DNA from: Acidobacteriota bacterium
GTDB lineage: Bacteria > Acidobacteriota > UBA6911 > RPQK01 > JADFOI01
Direction of reading: 5' to 3'
Assembly: GCA_963663035.1 (NCBI GenBank)
Contig: OY760074.1
Coordinates: forward strand, 1,664,001 to 1,728,000
DNA: 64,000 bases
Shown here: positions 42,687-52,710 of the stretch, piece after piece
How the letters are laid out: every line of letters starts with the position of its first letter
How positions within the stretch are numbered: the stretch's first letter is position 1
Notes under the pieces: generated by a model
What the model was told of the DNA's origin: nothing
What the model saw: only the letters and a program-made list of their open reading frames with translations
Databases searched by the model: none
Made by a program: the position numbers and the translations under genes

Positions 42687-43634
42687 TCAGGAACTGAGAG
42701 TAGTCTGCGGCTGTTTCAGATTGGAAGGCAGATCGAATCGAACGTTCTCTTCCCGAACTGTCAACTCTTCCAGGACCGCACCCTGGCGTTGAAAAAACGT
42801 CACGATCTCCATGACCAGGCTTTCCGGAGCTGAAGCGCCGGAGGTCAATCCGAGAACCTCCACACCCTGGAGCCATTCATCCTGAATGGAATGCAGGTCA
42901 TTGATCAGGTAGGCACGGGTCCCCGCTCTCTCGGCCTCTTCAACCAATCGATTGGAATTGCTGCTGTTGACGGCACCCACCACCAGGATCAGCTCCGACA
43001 AACTGGCCAGCTCCTTCACCGCCACTTGCCTGTTCTCTGTGGCATAACAGATGTCCTCTGACGGGGGTCCCGTAATGCTGGGAAACCTCTTCCGCAGAGC
43101 CTCGACCATCTCTTGGGTGTCTTGCAGGCTCAGTGTGGTTTGCGTGACATAGGCAACCTTTTCCGGATCTTCCACCTCCAGGTCTTCGATGTCCTCTATC
43201 GTTTTCACTAATCGCATATGCTCAGGAGCCTCTCCCATCGTTCCGATCACTTCGTCATGACCCGCGTGTCCAATCAGAATAATGGTGTAGTCCTGCTGGG
43301 CGTAGCGAAGCGCCTCGATATGCACCTTCGTGACCAGTGGACAGGTGGCATCGATGACTTCCAACGATCTGGCAGCGGCTTTTTCCCTGACCTCAGGCGA
43401 AACGCCGTGAGCACTGAAGATAACTCTTGCCCCCTCCGGGACATCCTCAACGCTGTCCACAAAGATGGCCCCTTTCTCAGCCAGTTCCCTCACAACATGT
43501 GGGTTGTGGATGATTTCTTTACGAACGTAGAGGGATTCGGTGTAAGCCTCCAGCGCGATCTTGACGACATCGACCGCTCGAACGACACCCGCGCAAAAGC
43601 CTCGAGGACTGGCAAGGAGAAGCTTTTTGATCAT
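42687..43634 (-). CDS. ispH: 4-hydroxy-3-methylbut-2-enyl diphosphate reductase
   Basis: PRGFCAGV, SAHGV, DATCPLV, QTT, DICYAT, SSNS. Confidence 0.97.
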   Translation of the reverse strand: MIKKLLLASPRGFCAGVVRAVDVVKIALEAYTESLYVRKEIIHNPHVVRELAEKGAIFVDSVEDVPEGARVIFSAHGVSPEVREKAAARSLEVIDATCPLVTKVHIEALRYAQQDYTIILIGHAGHDEVIGTMGEAPEHMRLVKTIEDIEDLEVEDPEKVAYVTQTTLSLQDTQEMVEALRKRFPSITGPPSEDICYATENRQVAVKELASLSELILVVGAVNSSNSNRLVEEAERAGTRAYLINDLHSIQDEWLQGVEVLGLTSGASAPESLVMEIVTFFQRQGAVLEELTVREENVRFDLPSNLKQPQTTLSS

Positions 43635-43689
43635 ATTAGGCTATTCTAGCATGTGGGTCGCTGCTGCGCAGCGAGGAGGCAGGAGGCGC

Positions 43690-43810
43690 GCTTCGCGCGC
43701 GGTCCCAGGTCCAGGTTCCAGGTTTTGAATTTTGAATTTGTTTGGAATTTGGAATTTTGGATTTTAAATTTCCGACGGCCTTCGGCCGGCGGTGGTCAGT
43801 TGTCAGTTGC
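43690..43810. repeat. Mixed heptamer repeats (CCAGGT, TTTGAAT, TGTCAGT)
   Basis: Tandem degenerate 6-7-mers between the ABC substrate-binding gene and ispH. Confidence 0.7.
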
Positions 43811-44674
43811 CAGGAATTCCCCCACCACTTCCCTGACCGACCTCCTTTCTCCATCGACCTGGGAGTTCATCTTCCGCATCTGGGCTTCGTCGATTGTACC
43901 TCCCAGCCCATTCAACACTTCGCGCAGCTGGGGATATTGCTCCAATGTTCGACGACGAAAGACCGGAACCCCGTCGTAGGGTGGAAAATATCCTTTGTCG
44001 TCCTCCAGCATGAAGAGATCCAGGGCAGCAATGAGACCGTTGGTGGAATCACCCGCGATCAGATCCACTCTCTCATCGGCCAGAGCCCGATAGGTCAGTC
44101 CCAGCTCCATGACCCTGGGAGGCTCAGCAAACTTCAGATTGTAAGTTTCCGATAAGCCCTTAAAGCCGTCCGCTCGTTCGATGAATTCATAACCGAAAGC
44201 CGCCAGCCAGTTGGGCGTGTGCGGAGCGATCTCGCTGATGGTCCTCACCACCAGACGAAGCGCCTCTTCGTTTCGAATGAGAATGGCAAAGGTATTGTTG
44301 AAACCCAGGGGTTGCAACCACTCCATTCCCTGAGTTGCATAATCTTCCTTGACCCGCTGATAAACCTCGTCAGGATCACTGATCGGCTCATTCTTGAGAA
44401 TCGCCGTGAAGGCCGTCCCAGTGTATTCCACATAGCCGTCTATCTCCCCAGCTCGCAGGGCCAGATCACAAATGAAGGTACCCCCTAGATTCAACTTGCG
44501 GATCACTTGCAGCTCGGTCAGGCTTTCGATCTGCTGGGCCAGAATTTCTCCGAGAATGACCTGCTCAGTGAAATTTTTTGAGCCAATCACAATGCTTTCT
44601 CCAGAACTGCATGCCCCCGCTGGCAAGAGCACACCGAGTAGCAATACCGAAGCGGTCAGAGCAATAGGTTTCAT
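43796..44674 (-). CDS. Osmoprotectant ABC transporter substrate-binding lipoprotein (OpuCC-like)
   Basis: Lipobox AGAC; GSKNFTEQ, YVEYTGT, GFNNTFA, FPPY. Confidence 0.9.
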   Translation of the reverse strand: MKPIALTASVLLLGVLLPAGACSSGESIVIGSKNFTEQVILGEILAQQIESLTELQVIRKLNLGGTFICDLALRAGEIDGYVEYTGTAFTAILKNEPISDPDEVYQRVKEDYATQGMEWLQPLGFNNTFAILIRNEEALRLVVRTISEIAPHTPNWLAAFGYEFIERADGFKGLSETYNLKFAEPPRVMELGLTYRALADERVDLIAGDSTNGLIAALDLFMLEDDKGYFPPYDGVPVFRRRTLEQYPQLREVLNGLGGTIDEAQMRKMNSQVDGERRSVREVVGEFLATDN

Positions 44675-45318
44675 ACAGCGCCCCCCTGGCGGGGACTCAG
44701 CAGCCGTTCCACCCAGCCCAGACCATAATCGGTCAACAGGGCCAACAGAGCGGCCGGGATGGAACCCGCCAGAATAAGTGTGGTGTTTACGCCAGCTACG
44801 CCCCGGAAGATATACATTCCCAACCCTCCGGCGCCGATGGCTGCTGCGATGGTGGCAATGCCGACAGAGGTAATAGCGGCTACTCGGATCCCGGCCAGAA
44901 TCACTCCCAGTGCCAGCGGAATTTCCACTTGCCACAACAGCTGCAGGTCGGTCATCCCCATGCCACGACCCGCTTCCTTGACCGACGGACTCACGCCTTT
45001 AATACCGGCGTAGGTGCTGCGCGTAATCGGTAGCAGCGCATAGAGGATCAGAGCCAGGATGGCAGTGCTGGCACCGATTCCTCCCAAAACCGGAAGCGGG
45101 ATGAGAAACCCAAACAGCGCCAGACTCGGGATGGTTTGTACCACATTGGCGAAACCGAGAATGCCCTTTTCCAAACCAGGCTTTCTGGTGATCACAACAC
45201 CTGCCGGGATGCCAATCACCGCTGCAACTGTGATTGATACAAAGACCATCCACAGGTGCTCTCCAGTTAAGCGGAGTACCTCATCGAAATTGCTGACAAA
45301 AAACTCCCATAGTTCCAT
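44671..45318 (-). CDS. Osmoprotectant ABC transporter permease
   Basis: QTIPSLAL, EAGRGMGMT, IGAGGLG. Confidence 0.92.
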   Translation of the reverse strand: MELWEFFVSNFDEVLRLTGEHLWMVFVSITVAAVIGIPAGVVITRKPGLEKGILGFANVVQTIPSLALFGFLIPLPVLGGIGASTAILALILYALLPITRSTYAGIKGVSPSVKEAGRGMGMTDLQLLWQVEIPLALGVILAGIRVAAITSVGIATIAAAIGAGGLGMYIFRGVAGVNTTLILAGSIPAALLALLTDYGLGWVERLLSPRQGGAV

Positions 45319-45342
45319 GGTGCACTCCTAAATGAAAAAAGG

Positions 45343-46104
45343 CTAAACCTGAAACGCTCGCGAAGCGAGTTCCAGCGGCTTCAGGAAAGCCCTGACCTCC
45401 GGGTCTTGGGAGGCCAGCAGCTCATCTGCCGTGCCGATGACAGTCAGTCGGCCTTCTGTCATCAACCCGATCCGGGTTCCCAGGTGGAGAGCTTCCTGGA
45501 GGTCGTGTGTCACAAAGAGGATGGTTTTCTTCAGGTTTCCCTGAAGCTCCTTAAACTCCTCTTGAATCTCACTTCGAGTCAGTGGATCAAGCGCACCAAA
45601 GGGCTCATCCATGAGAAGAATCGGGGGATCGACCGCCAGAGCCCGAGCCACCCCTACGCGTTGTCTTTGGCCCCCGGACAACTGCCACGGATAGCGATGG
45701 GCATACTCATCTCCATCCAGACCCACCAGGGTGAGCAGTTCCCTGACCCGCCGGTCAATCTTCTCCTGCTCCCACTTCTCCAGGGAAGGCACAAGCGCCA
45801 CATTCCGTTCCACGGTAAAGTGCGGAAACAGCCCCACTTCCTGGATGACATAACCGATGCGACGGCGCAGCTCAATGGGATCCCAGGCAATCGTTGCCCT
45901 GCCTTCCACCCGGACTTCTCCACTGGTGGGCTCAAGTAGACGGTTGACCAGCTTCAAAGAGGTTGTCTTTCCACAACCACTGCGGCCCAGGAGCACCACC
46001 GTCTCACCTTGACTTATCTCCAGGTCCAGATCGGAAAGAATCTCCCTTCCCGAAAGCCGATAGGAAACCTGATGGAACTGGACCGCAACTTCAGGCATTT
46101 CCAA
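45343..46104 (-). CDS. Osmoprotectant ABC transporter ATPase
   Basis: GRSGCGKT, LRRRIGYVIQ, LSGGQRQR, MDEPFGALD. Confidence 0.93.
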   Translation of the reverse strand: MEMPEVAVQFHQVSYRLSGREILSDLDLEISQGETVVLLGRSGCGKTTSLKLVNRLLEPTSGEVRVEGRATIAWDPIELRRRIGYVIQEVGLFPHFTVERNVALVPSLEKWEQEKIDRRVRELLTLVGLDGDEYAHRYPWQLSGGQRQRVGVARALAVDPPILLMDEPFGALDPLTRSEIQEEFKELQGNLKKTILFVTHDLQEALHLGTRIGLMTEGRLTVIGTADELLASQDPEVRAFLKPLELASRAFQV

Positions 46105-46167
46105 AGGGTAGCACTTTGGTCGCCGATGGTCAGGAGTATTATCTGTGGGAGTGCCGTTGAGGCTTGC

Positions 46168-48387
46168 TTATCTTTCCTCGAGCTCAATGATTTCGACGCG
46201 GGTTCCGTGGAACTGCAAAATGATGCGGTTGTTCCCGCTGATCCACTGGAGTTCCTTTTCGCCGGGGCGGCTACCCTGGCCCGCATGAATCGGTTGAGCA
46301 TTCGGATACTTTTCTTCGATCAGACTGGAATAGGCTTGAGAAAACTGGTTGGCTTCTAATTCAGAGTCCCACACTGAACGAAGAACGAAAGCCAGTGCTC
46401 CTCTGGGGGTTTTGAACAATTCCACGCGGTCACCGTCCCATCCCCGGGCGCCCCGTTGAGCCTTCTGCTCTGAGATGAACTCCCTCAATACGAGATACAG
46501 GACAAACTCACCGAGGGTGTTCGAATAGACTGGTTTCCAGGGTGCGGAGAGGATCTCGGGAGGCGTCTGTAATGGCATTTCAGTGGGATCGTCCCTGGAG
46601 CCGGCATATTTTTCGGGATGCATGATCTGCTCGCTCGACTGCGGTAAATCGGAATAGAGGCGGGCTGAACCTTCCCAGTCATTCCACTTGAGATAAAACT
46701 GGAAAAAGGAAAATCCGAAAGTGGCAGGAAAAAGGCTGATCTCCTTCATAGCTTCAGGGACATCCTCGCCCATCTGCTCCTCGAGCAGTAGGCGAAAGAC
46801 CTGGCGAACATCGCGGACATCCGAGGAGGCGCCGCGGGACAAGCGATTACTGTAAGCCAGCATGCCAGCCAAGGCATCTCCCGTCATCACGGCTATCCGG
46901 GCACCGGTAGCATCGTCGTTTCCTTCAACTCTAGCCCCTGATAGGCTGGCACCGAAGTGTTGATCTTGTATGGCGTAAGCCAGGTTGATGAGTAGGCTCG
47001 CTCCTAATTCCGCTCTCTGCTCTTCCCCCAGTGAGTCATCAATATATAAAACCTCGGTCTGAGAATCGTAGAAACTGGCTGTGGAGGATAGGGCAGTTCT
47101 TCGAAGGAAGCCTGCCAAATCGTAATTGCGGGGCACCAGTCCGAGCTTGAAAAGCAGCGTTGCTTCAAGGTCTAATTGCTCAGGAGGGTTGAGTTCGTCT
47201 GTCACTCGAAGCAGGCGGGCCTCGATGTCCTTTCGCTTAGCAAAAACCCTGGTGATCGGCCTTTTCACCTTCAGACCTCTTGTCCTGCTGACGCGCGCTA
47301 GAAGTTCATCGACCAGTTCCAATAGTTCGGAATTGTCTTGGAGCGGTGCCTCTCTGAGATCTACCTCTGCCGGTGTCGCCGCCACCACTGGTTCTTCCCT
47401 GCCTTTGGTCTCTGGTCTTTCGATCTCGGGCTCGGACTTGAAATCGGACTCAGGCTCAGGCTCGGGCTCAGGCTCGGGCTCGGGCTGACTTAAGGCAATG
47501 GCCAAATCGGCAGTCTCTGCCGAGGCCTGCTCCAGGACGCCCATCCTCCGCATCTCCAGGCAAAACTCCGCGAATCTCTTGTTCGCTTCCGCATTGTCGA
47601 AAGCCATGACACTCAGGGCTTTTTCGGCGGCTTCCTTGGCCTGCTCGCACTTTCCCAGATCACGGTAGGCTATGCTGACGTTGTTCCAGGCAAAGGCGTA
47701 AGGGATGGTTTCTTCAGACTGTTCAATGAAGCTCTGATAATGTTCCACCACTTCTTCAGAACGCGGCTGGCTGAGCTGTGAGATGCCCCAGGCGAGCTGG
47801 AAATCGTAGTGCATGGGGAGAGCATAGGGATTGGGATGTGTCTCGGACAGTTCTTGAGCTTTGTAGAGGAGATCAATTCCCTTTTCAATATCCTGATCCC
47901 GCCCCGTCCAGGCACCGTGGGCCACCAAGAGCTTGCCTTTCGCCATCAAGTACCTCGGTGATTGAGGTTCCAGAGCTAAAGCCTTATCTATCTCTACCAG
48001 TCCCCTCTCGTACGCTGCATAGTAGTCTGCGTAGACTGCCGTGGCGTAATGCAGAAATGCTTCTTGATTGGCCTGGCGAGCCCGTTCTGCAAGATGTTCA
48101 AAGAGAGGTGAGATAGCAAGCAGCCCTGTTGCTCTTCCCAATAGGGAAGTGTTTCGTAATTTTCCCAGCTCAATGACAATGAGTTGCCATAAGGCTTCCA
48201 AGTGCTCAGGCTGCTCATCGAGAACCGCCTGCAGATAGCGCTCTGCAGCTGAGGTGTCTCCCAGGAACCCTGTCCTGAGCAGATGATCCAAGGCCTTGTT
48301 GAAAAGATCCTCAACTTCGTCGGCTGCGCTCAAGGTTCCCTGAAGAAGGAGACACAGTAATAAGACCGCGGTTACTCTTCTTCTCAC
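46168..48387 (-). CDS. Exported TPR protein with PE linker and catalytically degenerate zincin-like domain
   Basis: Signal peptide (GTG overlapping the CHAT stop); TPRs; (PE)n; QDQHF, GDA, PQSSEQIMHPEKY, GWDGD. Confidence 0.7.
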   Translation of the reverse strand: MRRRVTAVLLLCLLLQGTLSAADEVEDLFNKALDHLLRTGFLGDTSAAERYLQAVLDEQPEHLEALWQLIVIELGKLRNTSLLGRATGLLAISPLFEHLAERARQANQEAFLHYATAVYADYYAAYERGLVEIDKALALEPQSPRYLMAKGKLLVAHGAWTGRDQDIEKGIDLLYKAQELSETHPNPYALPMHYDFQLAWGISQLSQPRSEEVVEHYQSFIEQSEETIPYAFAWNNVSIAYRDLGKCEQAKEAAEKALSVMAFDNAEANKRFAEFCLEMRRMGVLEQASAETADLAIALSQPEPEPEPEPEPESDFKSEPEIERPETKGREEPVVAATPAEVDLREAPLQDNSELLELVDELLARVSRTRGLKVKRPITRVFAKRKDIEARLLRVTDELNPPEQLDLEATLLFKLGLVPRNYDLAGFLRRTALSSTASFYDSQTEVLYIDDSLGEEQRAELGASLLINLAYAIQDQHFGASLSGARVEGNDDATGARIAVMTGDALAGMLAYSNRLSRGASSDVRDVRQVFRLLLEEQMGEDVPEAMKEISLFPATFGFSFFQFYLKWNDWEGSARLYSDLPQSSEQIMHPEKYAGSRDDPTEMPLQTPPEILSAPWKPVYSNTLGEFVLYLVLREFISEQKAQRGARGWDGDRVELFKTPRGALAFVLRSVWDSELEANQFSQAYSSLIEEKYPNAQPIHAGQGSRPGEKELQWISGNNRIILQFHGTRVEIIELEER

Positions 48388-50768
48388 CTCACAGCTCCCG
48401 TAAGGATAAAGGCCGACCAATAAAAGGGATGAGGATATTGTTGACTGCTCAGCAATTCTTTCTGAGCCTTCTGCAGTGAAAGCACCGCCGGAGTACCTCT
48501 GGCGTAGGCTTTATACAAGGCCTGCATGAATTCCGCGGTGGCCTGGTCATGGACCGCCCACAAAGGCGCGATAAGACTTTGTGCCCCTGAGAAAAACAGG
48601 GCCCGGGCAATTCCAAAAACGTCCCTTTCTGTCTTTGGATCCGTGAGTCCAGCTTCACAGCTGCTCAGTGTAATGAGATTGAGGTGACTCATGTCGACCG
48701 TTGCCATGGCTCTGGCATTCCAAGGGTGAGCTTCACTGTTGCCGTCTTCCGGCGAGAGCCAGATGGTCGAGTCCATTGCAGAATCAGGGTAAAAATGGCC
48801 GTGTGCTCCCACGTGCAGGAAGGTTGGAGTGGTATACCCTTTGATGGCCGCAACCAGCTGGTCCTCCGAGCACTGGCTTCCCGAGAGGGTGGTCACTGCG
48901 TCTCCAAAGAACAGCTGTAAGGCTTCAGCGGTCTCCTGTTGGAAGGGAAGACGGGCATTGAAAACCTCGGGATCCACACAGCTGATCCCGTTTTCAGCGG
49001 GGGGTACTTTGACACTTTCCATGGAAGTGAAGTAGCGAAGTGAAGTCACTCCGTAAACACCGTAGCGTTCTCCCAGGAACTCCTCCTCATCCATGAGTAC
49101 TGCAAGGGGTATCCTGCTAAAGAAGCTATCCGGGCTATAGACGATGATCCGGATAGCAGCGGGAAGTCTCTCTATTGCCGGTGCCAGTGCCTTTTCGAAG
49201 AGCATTTGTGCCGGTTCACGATAAAAGTCATTCAATGGATTGGTCAGAGCGACCCGCAATTGGCCAGCTGCTCGGCGATACTCAGCCGCATCCAGAGTCA
49301 AGGGGATATGCTGAATACCACCCTGGGTCATGAGAAACAGGGAGACTCGCTTATCCCGCACGAAGAAGGACAGTACCGCTACATCGGGGCTCAACCCTTG
49401 CCGAATCTCGTCAACCTTCTCCTTTGAGAGACTTCGAGTGACGGTGATATCCTTGAGCTGTAAGTTTGCCTGCAGCTTTCGGCGTTCGTCCCCCTGTTTC
49501 GTCAAAAGAGGCAGAAATCCTTCCAAAGAAAGATTTTCCTGGGTCCGCTCCAGGAGATTGTCCTGCTCCAGCAGCGCCATTAGTTCTGTGGCATGCCGTT
49601 CTTCCATCTCTTTCCATTGGCTGGAAATCTGCTGATAAGACGAGTCCTCTAGAATATCGTTGAGCGTGCGCGCTTTATTGGATTCCAGAAGCGCTAAGGC
49701 TTCTGCGTAATCTTTGGAACTCAGATGATACTCCACAAACTCATCGACCAATCCCTTATGCTTGTTGTCGAGCTTGGCTCGTGCATCTTCGCCTGGAGCT
49801 TTGGCGCGGGTCAGCTCATAGTTGGTATAGGAAGACAGGTAATAACGTCGGGCCTCGGCATGCTTCTTTTGAGCGGAGTAAATCCGGGCAAAAGAGAAGA
49901 GGAGTTTCGTGTAGTTCTCAGTCTGTCTCTCTGAAGGAGAAAAGAAGGATTCGGTCTTTCTTAAGACTTCCAGGGCTCTGTCATACTGAGCAGAGCGCAT
50001 CAAGTCACTGGCATACTCCTGTCCCGCTTCCCACTTGGCCCACTTCCCACCCGAGTCATCATCCAGTGACTGGGCCGAGCGCCAGGCCTCTGCATAAATT
50101 GCCGAGGCCTTCTCGGTTTCTCCAAATGCTCTTAAATCAGATGCCGTATCGCACAGGAGACGGACATAGTCTCCCCGGTACTGAGTGTCCTTCAGGCTCT
50201 CCCTGGCACGGAGAAGCCACATCATGGCTTGACTGCGATCTCTCCCCCTCAGCAATCTGGCGATGGCAAGCTCCATTACGCCGAGTTCTTCAGGGTTGTT
50301 CAGAGCTTGAAAGACCTTGTAAGCCAGGAGTGAAGTGTAGAGGGCTTCATGATCATCATCGAATGCTTCAAAGATCCTGGCCAGGTTGCCCAGGCCAATG
50401 CCTAGACCCATGAGGCTGCCCTGTTGATAGCTGATGGCCAGGACCTTCTGGTAGGTAATGTAGGCTTCCCTGTGATTGCCCTCAGAGATCTGTTGATGAC
50501 CGACAGAGTGGTCCAGGTTGATGGCGTATTCTAAACTGTTCTCATTTGCTTCTAACTCGACCCCCTCGAAGTAGTGTCGAATCTGAGCCTTGGTTTCTTC
50601 ATCCAAGGACAGAGAGGCGCTTCCTTCAATCGCCTCCGATCCAGGCATCCATTTAGCTAAAAACTCAGGAATGTCAATGGAAATCAACCCAGGATATTGA
50701 TAGAGAACAAGGGCCGCCACAAGGACCACTAACAAGACTAAAACAGCTTTTTGGACCCGACTGTTCAC
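48384..50768 (-). CDS. Membrane-anchored TPR-CHAT (caspase-like) protein
   Basis: N-terminal TM; TPRs; LHVGAHG (His), LSSCEAG (Cys), LWAVHD, HPFYWSAF. Confidence 0.88.
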   Translation of the reverse strand: MNSRVQKAVLVLLVVLVAALVLYQYPGLISIDIPEFLAKWMPGSEAIEGSASLSLDEETKAQIRHYFEGVELEANENSLEYAINLDHSVGHQQISEGNHREAYITYQKVLAISYQQGSLMGLGIGLGNLARIFEAFDDDHEALYTSLLAYKVFQALNNPEELGVMELAIARLLRGRDRSQAMMWLLRARESLKDTQYRGDYVRLLCDTASDLRAFGETEKASAIYAEAWRSAQSLDDDSGGKWAKWEAGQEYASDLMRSAQYDRALEVLRKTESFFSPSERQTENYTKLLFSFARIYSAQKKHAEARRYYLSSYTNYELTRAKAPGEDARAKLDNKHKGLVDEFVEYHLSSKDYAEALALLESNKARTLNDILEDSSYQQISSQWKEMEERHATELMALLEQDNLLERTQENLSLEGFLPLLTKQGDERRKLQANLQLKDITVTRSLSKEKVDEIRQGLSPDVAVLSFFVRDKRVSLFLMTQGGIQHIPLTLDAAEYRRAAGQLRVALTNPLNDFYREPAQMLFEKALAPAIERLPAAIRIIVYSPDSFFSRIPLAVLMDEEEFLGERYGVYGVTSLRYFTSMESVKVPPAENGISCVDPEVFNARLPFQQETAEALQLFFGDAVTTLSGSQCSEDQLVAAIKGYTTPTFLHVGAHGHFYPDSAMDSTIWLSPEDGNSEAHPWNARAMATVDMSHLNLITLSSCEAGLTDPKTERDVFGIARALFFSGAQSLIAPLWAVHDQATAEFMQALYKAYARGTPAVLSLQKAQKELLSSQQYPHPFYWSAFILTGAVR

Positions 50769-50817
50769 CGCTCCTCCAGACCTTTTCTGCCACAAACTAT
50801 GCTTTTTTAGAATTCAA

Positions 50818-50833
50818 TGCATCTCCTGTGCCA
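50818..50833 (-). promoter_or_regulatory. Sigma-54-like promoter for the CHAT operon
   Basis: TGGCAC-AGGAG-ATGCA (one mismatch at -12). Confidence 0.5.
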
Positions 50834-50987
50834 TTGCTCTCAAATGATGGAACTTCAAAGGTTTAAACAATTATTAAGCAACAGGTTAGCCTCTTTCCCA
50901 GGGACCCATGGATCGGTTGAAGAGCGTTAGATCTCCAGGCGATGTCACCATCGGTTTACAAAAAGAGGTCTGCAGGCGGGCTGCGTC

Positions 50988-51187
50988 AACGCGCATTTCT
51001 CACACCAGGTCGTCGCGAAGCGGCGAAAGTGCCGGAAAACAGAGCCGTGGGCTTTAGCCCACGGGCCCGCAGGCTAAAGCCTGCGGCTCCGACTGGCGCG
51101 CGAGGGGTACCCGCTTGCGGGTCGTGCAACGCAGTCAGGTCGGATCATTTCGCCGATGCAGTAGAGCGGGTGTGAGAGGTGCGCGTT
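50988..51187. mobile_element. MITE-like element (about 200 bp) with internal REP-like palindromes
   Basis: TIR AACGCGCATTTCTCACACC / GGTGTGAGAGGTGCGCGTT; internal CCGTGGGCTTTAGCCCACGG and CCGCAGGCTAAAGCCTGCGG. Confidence 0.65.
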
Positions 51188-52601
51188 ACCGGAGGAAGAG
51201 CAGAAGGTAGGCCAGGGCCAGGACGATTTGAAGCGCGGCGTAGGGCATGGCTCTTTTGACAAAACCGACAAAGGACAAGGGCAGCTGATATCGATGAATG
51301 ATAGTGACCGCAACGAGCGTGGATGCAGAGCCAATCGGTGTGATATTGCCACCCAGATTAGCGCCGAAGATGACCGCCCACCAGAGAGGGGAATCTCCCG
51401 AAGTTCCCAGACCGGAGAGGATCTTGGCCAGCATCGCCGAGAGTGGAATATTATCGGTCACGGAACTAAAGACAGCTGAAGCAACAAGCATCAGTCCTGG
51501 TCCCCAGGTGGAACCCAGCTCGATGATCGGGGTGATGCCTTCGCCGATGAGGGCCAAGACATGTGCGTGCTCCATGACATTGATCACAATAAACAGGCCC
51601 ATGAAGAACCCCAGCAAGTCCCAATCCAGGGCCTGATAAAACTCGTCGGCAACGGCTTTGTAGCGAATCAACATGATCAGACCAAAACCCATCGCCACGT
51701 ACCCCATTCCAAGCTCGCGAATATAGGGAAGCACAGAGGTAGTCGCAATCGTGGCAATGAAGAGTACTGTCATCACTGCCCCGAGCCAAAAGAAAAACCG
51801 ACTTTCAATGCCATCGTTCTCATCAAAGTCAGCCACCAGCCGAGCAGCTTCCCGCTCTTCATCCTCATCCGTAAAACCGTGGATAGCAAACAACCTGGCT
51901 CCCATCAGGAGGGTCACAATGGTGACCACCGCGACGAAGGGACTCGTGATCAGAAAAAACCTCACAAAGCTGATGCCTGCCGCGCTGCCCAAAATGATGT
52001 TTGGAACCGAACTGATGAGTGTGAGCAGGCCTCCCACATTGGTGAGCAGGCCTTCCACCAAGAGAAAGCCCAGTAATTTGTCTTTCCGATCCAGTTTCCT
52101 GAGAGAAACTCCGGTTAATGAGCCCACGATGATCATGGCGGTCACGTTGTTCAAGACGGCGGAAAAGACCACTGTCATGGTGCCGTAGTAGAGGAGAAGC
52201 TTCAGAGGATTTCCACCGGAGATTTTGGTCAACCTGATGGCAATCCAGGTGAAGAGCCCCGACTTGGAGATGACGTCCACAAACAGGCTGGCTCCCAGGA
52301 TGATGGCGATAACGTTCCAGTCAATGGCCTGGATGTACACCGGGAGTTCGATTTCCTGGCCAAAAACATTGGTTACATGACCCACTGGCAGCAGGCCAAA
52401 GGCATCCGCCGCAAGGAGACTCACGAGGGCAAAGCAGCCGGCGACAACCGATTTCTTGGCGTGAAGTGTTTCTTCTAAAGCCAGCGTGACAATCAGCGCC
52501 ACCAGGAGCAGGGAGAAAAGCAGAGTGACACCGAGAGGTACGGGGGGGACACCGTCTGCGGCCTGAAGGGTGACGAAAGCCGAAGTCAATAGAATTTGCA
52601 T
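51186..52601 (-). CDS. ArsB/NhaD (IT superfamily) permease
   Basis: About 12 TM helices; LNNVT, NVGG..T..SSVPN, DNIP, GANLGGNITPIGS. Confidence 0.88.
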   Translation of the reverse strand: MQILLTSAFVTLQAADGVPPVPLGVTLLFSLLLVALIVTLALEETLHAKKSVVAGCFALVSLLAADAFGLLPVGHVTNVFGQEIELPVYIQAIDWNVIAIILGASLFVDVISKSGLFTWIAIRLTKISGGNPLKLLLYYGTMTVVFSAVLNNVTAMIIVGSLTGVSLRKLDRKDKLLGFLLVEGLLTNVGGLLTLISSVPNIILGSAAGISFVRFFLITSPFVAVVTIVTLLMGARLFAIHGFTDEDEEREAARLVADFDENDGIESRFFFWLGAVMTVLFIATIATTSVLPYIRELGMGYVAMGFGLIMLIRYKAVADEFYQALDWDLLGFFMGLFIVINVMEHAHVLALIGEGITPIIELGSTWGPGLMLVASAVFSSVTDNIPLSAMLAKILSGLGTSGDSPLWWAVIFGANLGGNITPIGSASTLVAVTIIHRYQLPLSFVGFVKRAMPYAALQIVLALAYLLLFLR

Positions 52602-52623
52602 CGCATTTCAGACCAACATCTCA

Positions 52624-52710
52624 TTGTCAGTTGTCAGCGGTCAGCGGTCAGTTTTCTATTGTCAGTTGTCAGCTGTCGTTTGTCAGTTGTCAGTTGTCAG
52701 CTGTCAGTTG
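52624..52710. repeat. Heptamer array (TGTCAGT/TGTCAGC)
   Basis: About 12 degenerate tandem units between co-oriented genes. Confidence 0.85.
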
